Source: Podarcis bocagei
Lineage: Eukaryota
Reading direction: 5' to 3' (one strand)
DNA length: 64,000 bases
Assembly (NCBI GenBank): GCA_964188305.1
Contig: OZ076890.1
Both the position numbers and the translations under genes were made by a program. The notes beneath the pieces were generated by a model. That model saw only the letters and a program-made list of their open reading frames with translations, was not told the origin of the DNA and made no database searches. The first letter of the stretch is position 1. The number at the start of each line of letters is the position of its first letter. Positions 12,901 through 26,442 of the stretch are shown here, in pieces.

Positions 12901-13546
12901 TGATTAATAATTCTCTTTCCTTATGTTGTTTCCCATGCCTGCTAAACCCTGCAGAAACATAGATTTAGATTGTTTCCCCCCCCCCAATAGTGTACTTTTA
13001 TCCTTGGTGCTGTTATCTGTAGGTTTGGTTAATGTAAAAATGGCAATGAGGCAAGGTGAGTCAAGTGCCTTGGAGGGCAGGATCTAAAGAGGCAGCAGAT
13101 CTGGCCTCCAATGACTACATCATCTGCTGCTGCTGTCATAGCCATGGTGGCTGCAATGGCTGCAGCACACTTCTTGAAGACTGGCTCTGCTTGCTCCTCA
13201 GCAGTCCTTCCCCTAGTGCCACCACTACAGTGGCCTCTTGGTGAATAGGAGGCACTGCTGGCCTCTTCCCACCTCAAGCCTCTCCCCTCCATCCCTAAAC
13301 TCCACCCATCTTCAAAATTATTTCTAGTGGCACCATTACTACCTGGTGTGCAGCTGCTGTCACAGTATCATTGGTCCAGGTAGCCCATCAGTTTGGTACT
13401 CTCTGTCTTGGTAAAGGACTTCTTACCCAAGGAAACTTCATGCTTTACCAAGCAAGATATATCTTGTTCACAGAGTTTGCTTCACAACAAGGAGACTTTT
13501 ATTGCAGCATCAGATGTTACCCAACACAGTCAAGCAATTTCTGAAG

Positions 13547-13821
13547 CAGGGCTGGCCTAGGACATTTTCCTGCCTGAGGCAGAGTAGCAAACCGCAACTT
13601 CCCCACCTACCCCACACCTCATAAGTCATAGTACATAGAATTGGTCAATTTGTTTTGGCATTCGTGGCAGAAAATCCTACAACAGCTTCTCTCTCTCGGC
13701 ACCCCGGCAGTAAAAATGCAATAATGATAAATTAAATCAATAGCCGTGTTCTGCCTTTTAATGATACCCAACATTGGCTGCCTGGGGCATATGTGTCTTC
13801 CTAATACTAGGGCTGGCCCTG
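13547..13821. mobile_element. Non-autonomous hAT transposon
   Basis: Ends CAGGGCTGGCCTA / TAGGGCTGGCCCTG; degenerate 8-bp TSD TTCTGAAG / TTCCAAAG; subterminal GCCTGAGGC motif shared with 42260-42824. Confidence 0.7.
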
Positions 13822-14326
13822 TTCCAAAGGAGTAGTCTGTTATAACAAATGCCAAAAAGACTGTGGCACCAAAAAGATTTAGGGTATTTATTGTGGTGGG
13901 AGGTTTTGTGGACTTGAGCCCACTGCCATCAGATGTATAACATATGGTGGAGAGAAAAAGTTGTAAACTATGAGGCCAAAAGATTAAGTAACAAATCACT
14001 TCAGTCAATTGTGAGTGTTGTAATGATGTAGCCTTTTAAATGCCATCTCTGAAAAGTCTGCTTTATTAAGAGAGGGATCTAAGAAACCACCCATCACAAG
14101 ACTTTGAAATGGTGGCTTTCCAAAATATGTGTCTTATTGAGTCACAGAAATAAGCCTCTCCCATGTATGTTCTAAATTAGGCCAAAAATATACATTTTAT
14201 CTGCCCATAATTTAATTTATAATAAAATACTGCATAGTTAGCCCATTCCAAGTGTTCTATTATTTGTTACATTTAGTCACCCTGAGTTAAAAGAACATTT
14301 TGATGCTCCACAAAAAGCAACAGAAA

Positions 14327-14515
14327 AATCTGTGAATTTCTGTTTCTTTTGGTCTCTCTTTTATCCCAATTATTCACACACATTTTCAGATCAGTTTGTG
14401 AATTTTATGAACTCATGAAAATTCATCTGAATTTTAGTGCAAATACACATTTGTATGCAGTTCTACCCTGTAAACACACTTTTGCAAAGCAATTTCCCCT
14501 AACATTCCCCTAACA
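14327..14515 (-). mobile_element. AT-rich interspersed repeat, unclassified; + strand relatives at ~20435-20722 and ~52286-52625
   Basis: Shared motifs GCATACAAA, TTGCAAAATGTG, TACTAAAATGCTGA, GAACTGAAATTGACA found in reverse complement. Confidence 0.55.
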
Positions 14516-14746
14516 TTTCTCTCTGACCCCTATCTACAAAGTAACCATTTTTTTAAAAAACAGATGTTTTTCTGCCTGGACTTGCTTTTATTGCAGTGCA
14601 GGAACAGAACAGATGAAGAATAGAACAAGATATCAGGTCATAGTTATGAAGGGAGCAAAGGCCAAAACAGATGTTTGGTGTTGCATTTTCTGTTAAGCCA
14701 AAGAGCAGGATGGACGGATGAATCAAGACCGTGACATAGAGGAAAG

Positions 14747-15050
14747 AGGACTTTAACTCTTCCTGTCCTCATTCTTCCTGTCCTTACCTCTCCTCCCAGT
14801 AATACTCCTGGACCATAGCAGCATCTGGAGCACTAATGCCTCATAACAGAATTGTGTAGTGGAATTGTGTCTGGGGAAGAACAGCCTTTCATCTACTTCC
14901 ATTCCAGGAGCATAATTCTGTTGGAAGTATAAGCATTTGAATGAACAGAGCCAGAACAGAGACAGTTCCTTCTCTGGCAAGTCTAATTGCAGGTGTAGGG
15001 AACCTGATTAGGATCAGAGCTACAATAAGGAGACGAAGGGTTAAAGCCCC
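14747..15050. mobile_element. Old foldback MITE-like element
   Basis: AGGACTTTAACTCTTC versus the reverse complement of GAAGGGTTAAAGCCCC (13/16 match), with weaker complementarity continuing inward. Confidence 0.4.
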
Positions 15051-18000
15051 ACCACTACCCACCAACTAAAGTCTCAATCCACATCAGGCCTGAGCACCTC
15101 ATTTTGCTGATCCCCTCTCTCCTGCAGTAAATATAAACTTGGAAGGGCAAACAAGAAGGCCCTAGGGACAAAAAGAGAAGCCTCCATGAGTCACATCGAA
15201 CCTGGAACCAAGAGATACCACCATCTGTGGGCTAGATGAAGGATTATATTGCTTATTGGAGTTGGAGATGTTTGCAGAATGTTTGTTTGTTTGTTTGTTT
15301 GATAGATAGATAGAGCATTGGATTTAAAATGCTTAGCAGTTCATAATCTGCTATTTACAAAGAACAGGGCAATAAGAAATCAGAACAGCTTTTATGCTCA
15401 TTCTCAGGGATATTTCAATATTTTCACAACTAAAGCTGCTTGTTACAGCAAAATAGCTTCCCTGGTGGAGCAAGATGTTGTTTTTTGCCTTTACCAAACA
15501 TCTGTGATAAAAAATAAACATTTCATTCCACAGCATACCCAGATATATGATCTTTTTAACTGCCTATTTAGACAAAATTGGAAAATATATAAGCAGCTCC
15601 AGAAAATCTGAGTCAGTCCAGTTGTTTTAATTATATTTCCCTCACCTATTCACTTTCATATAACCTTCAACATATTTTCCAAAAGTGCTTCTTCTTCAAT
15701 ATATAAAAAAATGCTCAATTTTTAAATTTTTCGCTACAGGGTTTTTTTACTGGACATTCTAATAGATAGCCAAACAAATAGGGTTGTAGCCAAACATGGA
15801 ATTGGATTCTGCATGGACCTTTGCAATACTAAAGAGTTGGCCAAGCATAGGTGATTTGTTGCCATAGAAGCTAATGATCAAAGATGTCATTTGGGAGCAA
15901 CATCACCGGCATAGCACACACTGCATCTTTATGTTAATATAATTAGTATATACAGAGATATAGAGAGATGTATGTATTTGCAGAGCCAGAAACCACTCAT
16001 TAATTCACCAGATTTTAGCACTGGAACACCCCAAATTCCTGCATACATGAAAATTTGGAGAATTTCTCCAACTTCCCAAAAGTGACCACAAAGGAGAACC
16101 TTTCCTCATCTGGTAAATGATGGTACCATACTCTAAAGTTTAATGATGCTTCCTGGCTTCCTGTGACTTATTTATTTTCATATTAAGTTATGTTTGCATA
16201 TAATTTGTTATGTCAGCATCCCTCAGGAAATCATGCCGCTAGTTCTTAACACTAATTTCTTTCCCCTTGCCTGCACAAGCTGTTATGACTGTCTTCTCTT
16301 GCTAAAAGAAGCAATTCTTTACATCTGGAATCTGTAAGGACTGCAGAGGGGAATGACAATCCATGTTTGCCATCAGAGGCTGGCTACTTTCACCTCTCTT
16401 GTCATCTCTCCTGTTCTCAGAGCCTTCATAAAGGAGCTAATTCCAGAAGAACTCTGAGCAGGCTCTTTAAGCTTGCTTTAAAATTGCATATATTTTTAAT
16501 GAACTGCTAACTATTGAATTGTTGGTGTTATACTGTAGCAATATAATTTTACTATGTATGATAACTTTTGTATTTAAGATTTTTTTTTATATGAACTGCT
16601 TTGAGCACAAATATATTTGTTGATTGTGGGAAGTGTGGTAGCTAAGCAAGCTGATTAGGACTATGAAAACTAATATGTATTTCCATGTGATACAATATTA
16701 TTTTTATAATCTGCCTATGATGGAGCTAAATCATGACTAGACATCACATTTTCACCACTCAAAGAATCCCAATAATTTGAAAGGCATATACGTAGACATG
16801 TTTGTGCCTATATATTAACCTGCATTGATCTTCCAGGGACATCAAGGGATTAGACCAGGGACTATCTGCAAAAAAACACCAGATGCTCTACTACTGAGCT
16901 ACTACTATGTCAATAAGCAGTAGAAATAATAATTATATAATATTACTATTATTATACATAACAGGTGAAACAAATAAGTTCTTTGTGAAGGTCTTACTCA
17001 AAATCTACTATCTTATCCAACAGTACCAGCCATTCACAAAGGCAGAATCAGCTTACATTCCATATCTCTCCATGTGAAATATGCGAAATATGTTGGGCTT
17101 CTTGTGTCTTAGCCACATGTTCAGATAATCCTGTGGTCACAGGTCATTTGAATTTGAAAGAAAAGGTTAAACCAGGCTAATCTGAATGTGTATGCTTTAA
17201 AATGATAAAATACTAGATACATCACACACACGCCATTAGTTCTACTTAATAGAAGAGGTGGTGAATTTAAAATCCAGCCTTCAAATTCTGTTTTTCCATT
17301 AATCTGAAAGTATCCTTGGTTCTATAGGCATCTTCAAAATATATACTCACAAATGAAACTATTGGAATATTAGAATTCTGACTCTCTTCACCTGAACTGG
17401 AAAGTATTGGCTGCGGTAGAAAAAAAAAATTAGCCTACCCATTAGTGGACCTATTTTATTCACATGGTTGATCCATTATGAATTCTATTATTTGCCAGAC
17501 TTTGGAAGAATACAGAGATAAATGTGCACACAAAAGAGCGAAAGAAGACTGAGTGTCATCAGTATAATTATGGCCCCATAAGCCATATTAGTCTAGCATC
17601 TCCCTCAGAGAAATGGCACAGATGGTAAACAAAAGGAATAACAAACCAAGCTCATTCAGGATTCAGAAGCTGAGGGCATCTGGGGAGGAGGAGCAATTCA
17701 ATAACAGCCTCTGGGATTTGTTTGAAAAACATGCAGAACCACTCTCTGGAGACGTTATCTATTCTTGCTGGAATTTTCCATTAAATCAACCATATCGGAT
17801 CACTGGTGAAAACCGAAGGTCAAAGGAAGGTCACTCAAAACCATCAAGAATGTTTGGCTTCTCTCTCCTGCCTTGAGGAGATCATAGACAGATGAGATTA
17901 ATGTTGTTTCCAATGCCAAGGCCATGTCTGATGCTTGTCTGAATGGGCTCCCAGCACTTCCATGATATCAGATGTCAAGACATGGTCATATAGGCAGCTG

Positions 18001-19515
18001 GGTGATGACATTGGGTGATAGTGCTCTTTAAAGGAAGAGTCAGAGTATATACAGCTTATTTGAAAGATTGGCACCAGTTTGAACTTCACTAAAGAAGCAC
18101 TAACAAGGATACAAAAGGTATGCATAATTAAAGATAAGCAAAAAAAAATTGAATACAAAATGAATAGAAAGGCTATGACAACAGAACCATGGCCTGTGCT
18201 TTTGACTCAATGAGGAGTTCACAGCTGGCTGATCAATGTTTCTCAATTGCACTTTCAGTTCAAGCCTCTAGCAGTTCATGGTTTAGGTTTGTCTGTTGCA
18301 AAATGCTTTGTAGATAAATTCACTCATATTCATGCTGACTTGGATGCCATAATTAGTACTGGTCCAGTACTAACCTTATGTAACTTTAGCTCCTTATGTC
18401 TAGCTATGCCATTGGCACAGCTGAAGGATGCATGTAGGAGCCTTAAAGAGAGGTCATTTAATGTTTTGGGATTCAATGTCACCAGTATGCTGATGGCTCT
18501 CTCTTTTTTAATCTAAATCCATTCCATTCAAGTTCTGAATGTTGTTGGGAATGGACTGGGTGAGGGCTCATCCAAACAAAATAGAGGTGCTTCTGGTCAA
18601 CCAAGAGGCAGAACAGGGAATAAGGTTCAACCAGTCTTGGATTGAATCCCCCCTGAAGACCATGAGAGTCTATGTGCTGGCCTAGGAGTCCTGATTTAGC
18701 TGTTGTAATGCAAAATATCCATATAGGGAAGCATAGCTCATTCTAGAAATCTCCAGGTGTTTCAGACTACAAATCAAGCCGAAATGACATGAAAATGTTA
18801 AGGAATGCTGGGAGTTGTTGTCCAAAATATCTGGGGGAGGTTGGGAAAGGGTTTTATATAGCATCTTCTATAGCTCAGCCATTGTGTTAAGTGTCTGGTT
18901 GAAGACTATAGATTGTAATCTTTGTATCTAAGCAAGTGCTGCATTAAGGGAATACTTGCCTAAGTCCCATTCATCTAGAACCCTTATTCTCCTTTTTTTT
19001 AGAAGACTCAAATTTTGGTAGTTCTACATAACACCTTATCCCTTTCTCTCTTTTGAATGATTAAACATGTGATACGGAGTGAAAAAAGAATTTTTCCCCT
19101 TGTTCAAGAAAAAGTCATGTAGATGAATGGGTTTTTAATACAATTGGTATAGTGTTAAAATCATGTCACAGTAGTGGTGACAGGTTTACTAATACCTGTT
19201 AAAATCATACATTATATGCAAGCATATTCATGGGCCAGTTTCCCCAGGCTTCCCTCCCCCCATACCCCAAGTCTGAATCAAAGTTCCAGTTCCTGTGTAT
19301 ATACTTGCAGAATAAGTGGTTCTTCAGCATTCCAGCACATAGCATTTCTAGAAATAGTTCCACCCTAAAATTAGTGGGTTACTAACTGGGCATTCCTCAT
19401 GCAAGAATGTTATGCCAGTTCCACTTGGCTGAAAGCACAAGCTTTTGACTAGCTCAGTGCGAAAAACAAGTAGGGTAAATCATTCTCCACAAATGATACC
19501 TGCATGTGTTTAGCT

Positions 19516-19521
<6 letters not shown>

Positions 19522-19592
<71 letters not shown>
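19522..19592. repeat. Compound (CT)n(CA)n microsatellite
   Basis: Seen directly. Confidence 0.95.
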
Positions 19593-20434
19593 AAATCAAA
19601 GATGGAAAATGTGGAATTAATGAATAATAACTGAATAATAACAAAGTCAGATGTCAAATTAATAACATCAAAGGCAGCTGAATAACAAACAACTGATAGC
19701 ATATGCAGAGAAATGAAAGAAATATGAGTCAGTGCATCCCAATTCAGCTCATGTTTGTTTATTAAACATTACAAAACCAGTAAGCAGAAAGGAGTGTGAA
19801 AGGTGTTATAGATTTATGTTGAGCAAAGCTGCCTGATTCATGAATCACTAGAAAAGTTATATGAGTGCGCATTTATTTCATAATGAATGGAAAATTGAAC
19901 CGTATGGGGTCCATTCCACTCCATTTTCATTCATTTTGAAATGAATGGCATGAGCAACAAATGGATATTCATTTATCACTTGTCCACGGGTGAGGAGACC
20001 TATCTTTATCCAGCCACCATTTTTATGTGCCTAGAATGCCCTTGGCATTACATCATTCTGGAGAACAAAAATGCTTTGTGTCTCTCCTCTACTGGTAGCT
20101 GCCATTTTCACATCTCTCCCATAATGATCCTGAATTACTTCTCCATTCAGATATTAAGTTCTCAGAGCTTACTTATCTCTTTTCCTAACTAAGAACCAAA
20201 CATATTTTACTTTGTGAGCATTGCAATTTGACAATTTTAAAAAAGGATAAATGCAATCAAATACTTGCAGTGACTCTGAGAAACCTACTAGTTCACAATC
20301 ATATGACACCAGATTCCCCATATAATCTGGATTGTAATGTGCACAATTATAGGCTATCAACCTATAAGATTTTGTGCAAGAACCCTCATGATTTCCCCCC
20401 TAGAGAAGCAACATACATCACTAGAAGAATCATG

Positions 20435-20722
20435 AGCTTTCCCCAATCAATGTGTACAAAAACATATATATGATAAAATGTGCATTTAAATGCACATATT
20501 ATGGAAAATGGTATACAAAATGCATTACATTGGGAAAACCACTTGCAAAATGTGTATATTAGTCAAGCTGCATACAAATATATGTTTGTAAGGAGAAATA
20601 TGTACTAAAATGCTGACGGCTTTTTAGTAAGGTATTTGTTTTAATGCAAAATGTTACAGAAATGCAGAGAAGTGAATATAAGATTGGAAAGACAAGAAAC
20701 TTGGAGAACTGAAATTGACAAC
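20435..20722 (+). mobile_element. AT-rich interspersed repeat (same family as 14327 and 52286)
   Basis: ATGTGTACAAAAA..AATGCA..TTGCAAAATGTGTATATTAG..GCATACAAA..GAACTGAAATTGACA. Confidence 0.55.
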
Positions 20723-21444
20723 CTTAAGTGTGCAGTGCCAATCTTGCAAATCAACCTTAAGCCACAATGAGCATAGGGTTGGAAAGATTATGTGGCCAAC
20801 TGTAACTGTAATAGACAAATATAACCTTTTATAAAATACCTTTAGTGGAAGGTTCTTGGAGAAACCAAATCTACCAGGTGGCCATAGTTGTACCATTAAC
20901 TCTCCAGCAAACATAAAATGAACCAAATATTAACATGATGTCGCATTTATAATAACTTGCAATTTTCTGTTAACACCTATAGAGATTAATTAAAATATTT
21001 TGGTTCTTTTCCAGAGTCAGCACAGCTGCTACAGAAGAGAACAAGGTGTTGGGTTTTAAACAGGGTTGCCAACTTTTTTTATTCTTGGCAAGGCTTCTGT
21101 GCCTTTAACAGCTTCCTGACAGTGGCCTCCCATGGGAAGGCCAAATCATCTCCTTTCTGATAGGAGTGGCTAGTTAAAGTATGGGACTGTCAGAACACTT
21201 GTCATATAAATGAAGAGTCCTTAATGGTTTGTTCAAATAGACCAATTTATTTTTTTTTTACATGGTTAAGTTTTTCTCCTAGGTTAACTCAATTGACCAG
21301 CCCATTAAACCCTCTGCATTCAATATGTGCACAACCATGCATACGCACATCAACCTGATCCCGGAAGTGACCTGAAAATGTCACAAAAAGGGGCAGGGGT
21401 AGAATGGGGTGTCTGCAGGCTTTTTAAATGGTGTTTTGAATATA

Positions 21445-21669
21445 CAATGGTACCTCAGTTTTTGAATGTCTCGGAAGTCGAACATTTCAGTTTTTGAACG
21501 CAGAAAACCTGGAAGTAACTGTTTCAGTTTTCGAACGCTTTTCGGAAGTCGAACATGCCATGTGACTTCCGTATTGAGTTTTCTGTAAGTAAATACTTCG
21601 GTTTTTGAACGTTTCGAAAGTTGAACTGTCTTCTGGAATGGATTTCATTAGAAAACTGAGGTACCACTG
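21445..21669. mobile_element. pogo/Tigger-like MITE nested in an older TA-flanked element (~21300-21719)
   Basis: TA|CAATGGTACCTCAGTTTT ... AAAACTGAGGTACCACTG|TA, with internal TTCGAAC/GGAAGTCGAAC repeats. The host's right end is CGCGTAAAAGGGAGTTGCCTG|TA. Confidence 0.85.
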
Positions 21670-21953
21670 TACATGATTTCATGAATGCGTGTAGTCCTCG
21701 CGTAAAAGGGAGTTGCCTGTACCCAAAGTGCTTCTAGTTGATACTAATCATACTAATCTATAAACATCTATAAAGAACACAGAGCATCCCTCTAGGAATG
21801 TTCTATGCTGGTAGTACACCATGTTGGACATTAGACAATATTAGCTTGACAGACAGTATCCAGAATCTGTAAGATCCTTCAGAAAGGATTTGTGGGACTG
21901 TTGAATTGCAACTGTGTTGACTAGCTTTGTGCTAGCAATATTTCTCAAAGTAA

Positions 21954-22299
21954 AGGTAAAGGGTAAAGGGACCCCTGACCATTAGATCTAGTCACGGACA
22001 ACTCTGGGGTTGCGGCTCTCATCTCGCTTTACTGGCCGAGGGAGCTTCCAGGTCATGTGGCCAGCATGACTAAGCCACTTCTGGTGAGCCAGAGCAGCGC
22101 ACGGAAATGCCGTTTATCTTCCCACCAGTGGTACCTATTTATCTACTTGCACTTTGACATGCTTTCGAACTGCTAAGTTGGCAGGAGCAGGGGCCAAGCA
22201 ACGGGAGCTCACCCCGTCGCTGGGATTTGAACCGCCAACCTTCTGATCGGCAAGCCCTAGGCTTTGTGGTTTAGACCAGAGCGCCACCCGTGTCCGTTC
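21954..22299 (-). mobile_element. Sauria SINE (Squam1/POM type), near full length
   Basis: Reverse complement reads GGACACGGGTGGCGCT..CAGAAGGTTGGCGGTTCAAATCC..GTAGATAAATAGGTACC..GGTCAGGGGTCCCTTTACC; TSD ATTTCTCAAAGTAA (21940-21953) / ATTTCTAAAAGTAA (22300-22313). Confidence 0.92.
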
Positions 22300-23384
22300 A
22301 TTTCTAAAAGTAACCTTATGCAAATTCAGCTCTGGGATACAAAACAGTTCACTTCAGACTGAGCCAATCCTGTGCTACTAGAAATTTCACATCAGATTTT
22401 CATTTTTCTTTTTCCTCTGCTTGTGGTTTAATGCATTCTTCTCAGTGGTTTTGTTGTGAGCTGCGCTTACATTGCGTTGTAGCTATGGCTTCACCTTAGC
22501 TCTCAGGTGCAATGCCATTTTAAATTGAGAGATAAAAAATGACATGGAGCCCTTGTAGTCCATGCTTTTCTTTGAAAGCCCATCTGGCCCTAATTTGAGA
22601 AATATAAATAGATTTGTACCTTTTGCCTTTCCTGTCACCGCAGAGAGCCTGTGTGACACTTGGCAATATATCCTGGGCCTAAACATAAGCATCTATATAC
22701 TAAACACCATTCACACTTGACAAGAAATTTGTGCTTTGGAACAGAAAGAAGCCATCTTTATATAAATAGGATGTTTGCACTGGGGTTTTTCAATCAAAAC
22801 AAAGTGGCAAATAATTTTTGGAATGTAGCTTACCTTTCACAGTAAGCAATGTGCTGTCCTGGATAAATAAAAAAAAAACTGTGATGCTTACATGCAAGGC
22901 CTACAGCACAAAAATTTTAGAAAAGTTGAAGACGATTATAGAAGAGCTGGCTGTGTTTTGATAGGGTGCGAGTCTCAGAGCCTCTTTCTGTAGCAGGCTG
23001 CAATGTCTTTTCTTTCTTCATGCAGACATGGCTATGGTTATTGATGTGTTTGTGGTGTCTAGGCTGGGTCATATGATGATATTTCTGTTGAGATCCTTAC
23101 AAAACACAACAGCTAATTTCCTGAGAAGAAAATTAACCCTCACCCTGGGCCACCAGGAACACAATTCACTACAACTTCAGAACTGCATGACCTTATTGTA
23201 GCTCAGTTCAAGGTCATGGCTTAGAAACCCCTAAATGTCTTTATTAGGTCACAACTCAACAGGGATGTTGCAAGGAGCCAGATTCATGGTGTTAGCATTA
23301 GCAGCATGGGACTCAAGTACCTTATGGATTGACTCTCCCAAGATCTACTATCCTAGGCCCCATCACCAACATGGCCTTCTTGAT

Positions 23385-23640
23385 GATGTTTCACCATTTG
23401 TGGGATGCCCTCTCTGCTGAGGTCCCTCTGCCTCCCTCACTACTGACTTTCTGGAGAATTCTAAAGACAGTCCAGTTTACCCAGGCTTTTGATGGCCAAT
23501 TGAAATCAGTAACTATGGGGGTATGTAATCTTTTGTAAATGTTTTCACATGGTTTTAGTTGCTTTAAATACATTTCATTTTAATTTGGACTGTTTTAACA
23601 TTGTTATATTTGCTGCCTGAGTTGAATGACAAGATGGCAC
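23385..23640 (+). mobile_element. L2-type LINE 3' fragment
   Basis: Translates as LWDALSAEVPLPPSLLTFWRILKTVQFTQAF (L2 ORF2 C-terminal WNxLP...FKxxLKT..F..AF motif), followed by a T-rich 3'UTR. Confidence 0.7.
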
Positions 23641-23691
23641 ATACACCCATTCCAGGCTCAGTTCCAAATACAGTTGAATCTGACTTCAGTA

Positions 23692-23908
23692 CAGTGGTAC
23701 CTTGTTTAAGAACTGAATGATTCAGTTTACAAACTCCACAAAACCAGAAATAGTGTCCTGGTTTGCGAACTTTACCCCTGTTAAAGAACAGAATCCAAAC
23801 GGTGGAAGGGCACCGGTGGTGGGAGGTCTCATTGGGGAAAGCGTGCCTCGTTTCGGTTTAAGAACGGACTTCCGGAATGGATTGAGTTCGTAAACTGAGG
23901 TACCACTG
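23692..23908. mobile_element. pogo/Tigger-like MITE
   Basis: TA|CAGTGGTACCT ... AGGTACCACTG|TA: perfect 11-bp TIR with TA TSD. Confidence 0.85.
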
Positions 23909-26258
23909 TACCGATGATGGGGTAGCATCCACCACCATACCTGAGTCCAGTAAGCTATCATACCAAAAGCTGAGCAGACCACATGGCACATACACTTCTG
24001 TCTCCAACACACTGGCACCACTCCCTCCCTCTAGCACCTGCCACTTAAGGCAACTGCCTCCTGATAGGGAGATCCCAAGCCCTAACTTTGAGCTAAAAAC
24101 CCCTTTAACAATGTCTATTGGTGCACTACATTCTGGCATGAAAATCTCGAGAATAGGCATTCTCAATAGTTGCTCTGCATTACTAAAGCTATTTAGCTTG
24201 GAAATTTGTGACTGCCGTAGCCTGAGCATATTTCAGAAGCAATATAAGGTCAGATCTAACCACCACATTTTCCATATGGCGGCGTCTTGGGGTGGGTGGA
24301 TGAAACACCCCCACAGTGGGATTCTCCATACGGCTAACGCTACCACATTTAGAGCTGTGCGATTCTTCTGTTGCCAGGAATATGCAGCCCTGATGTGGAA
24401 ACTCTCCATGCAATCTGAGCCACACTTTTCATCAAGGTACTTCAGCCACAGCACTAGCAGGGGATCGACCAGGTGCAGGGAGAGATCACACAATCCCTGG
24501 GAGGCCTGAGCACAAAGCGGGAGGGAAAAGGGAGTGGATTTAAAGTAGTGGGAGGCCCCCACTAAGAACTTGGCTTTGGAAATAATTCTATGGGTAGCCC
24601 TGAGATTGACTACAATCTTAACCTTGTCTGTTACGATCCATTCTCATGACCTTCTGCAATTCTCCTGGAACAGCAGTGTCTTAAATTGTTACAGCGTGCA
24701 TGCCTTTAAAAACAGCTTTGTTAATAGTTGCCAAGGTGTTAGAGGAAAATCCCACCAACACCCACCATCATGGTTTGCATTAACAGATACATTTCCCTGC
24801 CTTTGCTCCCTTTGCCTCTGTGTTTCTCCTTCATATACAAGGAGTAGGGAATGTAACAACCCTCTTATTCTGAGTCTGGAATCCTTTCTGAAGTGGAAGG
24901 GAAAGCAGCTGGAATGGTAACAGGAACCGAAACATCCATAGAGATTTTATTTCTATGGAATTTCCACTGGGAAAACCCCAATAGGCCCTTGGGATGTTTA
25001 GCCTTCAGGGATAGAGGAGATACGTAGATGCATCCAAGTAGCACTGGACAAATTCAGTTAATACAAATGCAGATCACATTCTTTTGGCGCGGATTTAAAA
25101 TCGTTTAGTTAGTAGTAGCAAAAAGTTTAATTAGTTCCCCAAAGGAACATGGGAACGTTTGTAAAGTAAACCAAATTATTTTAAAGTTGTTAATAACAGT
25201 GGTGCTATTTTTATTTTATTTATTATTTTATTGCATTGATTGATATTCTACCTTTGAGAATATAAATCCTTCCAAAAGAGCTTATATATTTTAAAAACAC
25301 ATGGAATTCAACATCATGCTAAGACAATCATTCGACCACCACAAGCAGTCCTGCTTGTCAGACAAAATGTTCTCCCCTTCCCTCCCCCTGTACACTTTCC
25401 TTGGGGTCCTCACAGCCCTCTAGAATGGATTGGAGGGGCATAGGGGAGCAAAGAAGTGAATGCCCCATTGCAGTAGAGGAGACCTTGCACCGGCTTCCAT
25501 TAGTTTCCATTAGTTAGTTGAAACCAGCCCTTAAGGAAGAATTCTTACATACTGAAGTCATCAGGATCCTTCCCATAGAGCAGTTAATGGCCCTACGGGG
25601 TGGGGGGAGTTCAACTAGGGCAGTCCCTCCCCACTCTCTTTCCTGGACCCATTTCCACAGGATGGTTGAAGGTACATTACCCTGCTGAAGTAGACCGGGG
25701 AAATTGTTCTATATATTCCAGAGTATTCCATATAAAAGCCAAAGAGACCTTGCAATACCAGCTCTTATCTAATTCCACTGGGCTGCCTGCTTGCCACTGA
25801 GATCAATTCAAGGTTTTGGTTTTGAAATATAAATTCCTAAAAATCCCTTAAAATCCTGTGCACACTTACCTGTAGAAACATCTCACCAAATTAAATGGAA
25901 TTTACTTCTAAGAAATCATGTCTAGAATTGTGCTCCCCATTATGTTATTTTCCTGTGAACTTAACAATATATGCTATTGGTTTTGAAGGTAAAGATAATA
26001 ACATCTGCTGGATCTGAAGCACTAATGTGTGGCTATCCCATTATGTAGCTGGAGCTGTATATAAAACCAGGAGAAAACTCAGCCAAGAAGAATGACATAA
26101 TCAGAGCTTAGTTGGGGATAAATACAGATATTTATTATATAGATAAATTTTGGCACCAGCAAAGTCTACCTTAGCAACCATATTTTATGACAATGATTTT
26201 GTACTAGTGAGAAGAATAAGTAAATGGCCAATGGGCCATTTGCAATCTAGATCTAGTG

Positions 26259-26442
26259 CAGGGGTGCCAACTTGAATAAAATATTGGGGGAGGGGCAAGC
26301 AAGCCCCACCCCACATAATCAGTCACAAGACACAGTGCACAGACCCCATTTGAATGGCAATTCCCATCAACTTTAGAGGGGGCACACCCCTCAAATATTT
26401 TAGGAGGGGCAAAGGGACCTCGGATCCTAAGAATTAGCTCCA
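26259..26442. mobile_element. Non-autonomous hAT transposon
   Basis: Begins CAGGGGTGCCAACT; perfect 8-bp TSD ATCTAGTG at 26251-26258 and 26443-26450; internal inverted AAATATTGGGGG / CCCCTCAAATATTT. Confidence 0.8.
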
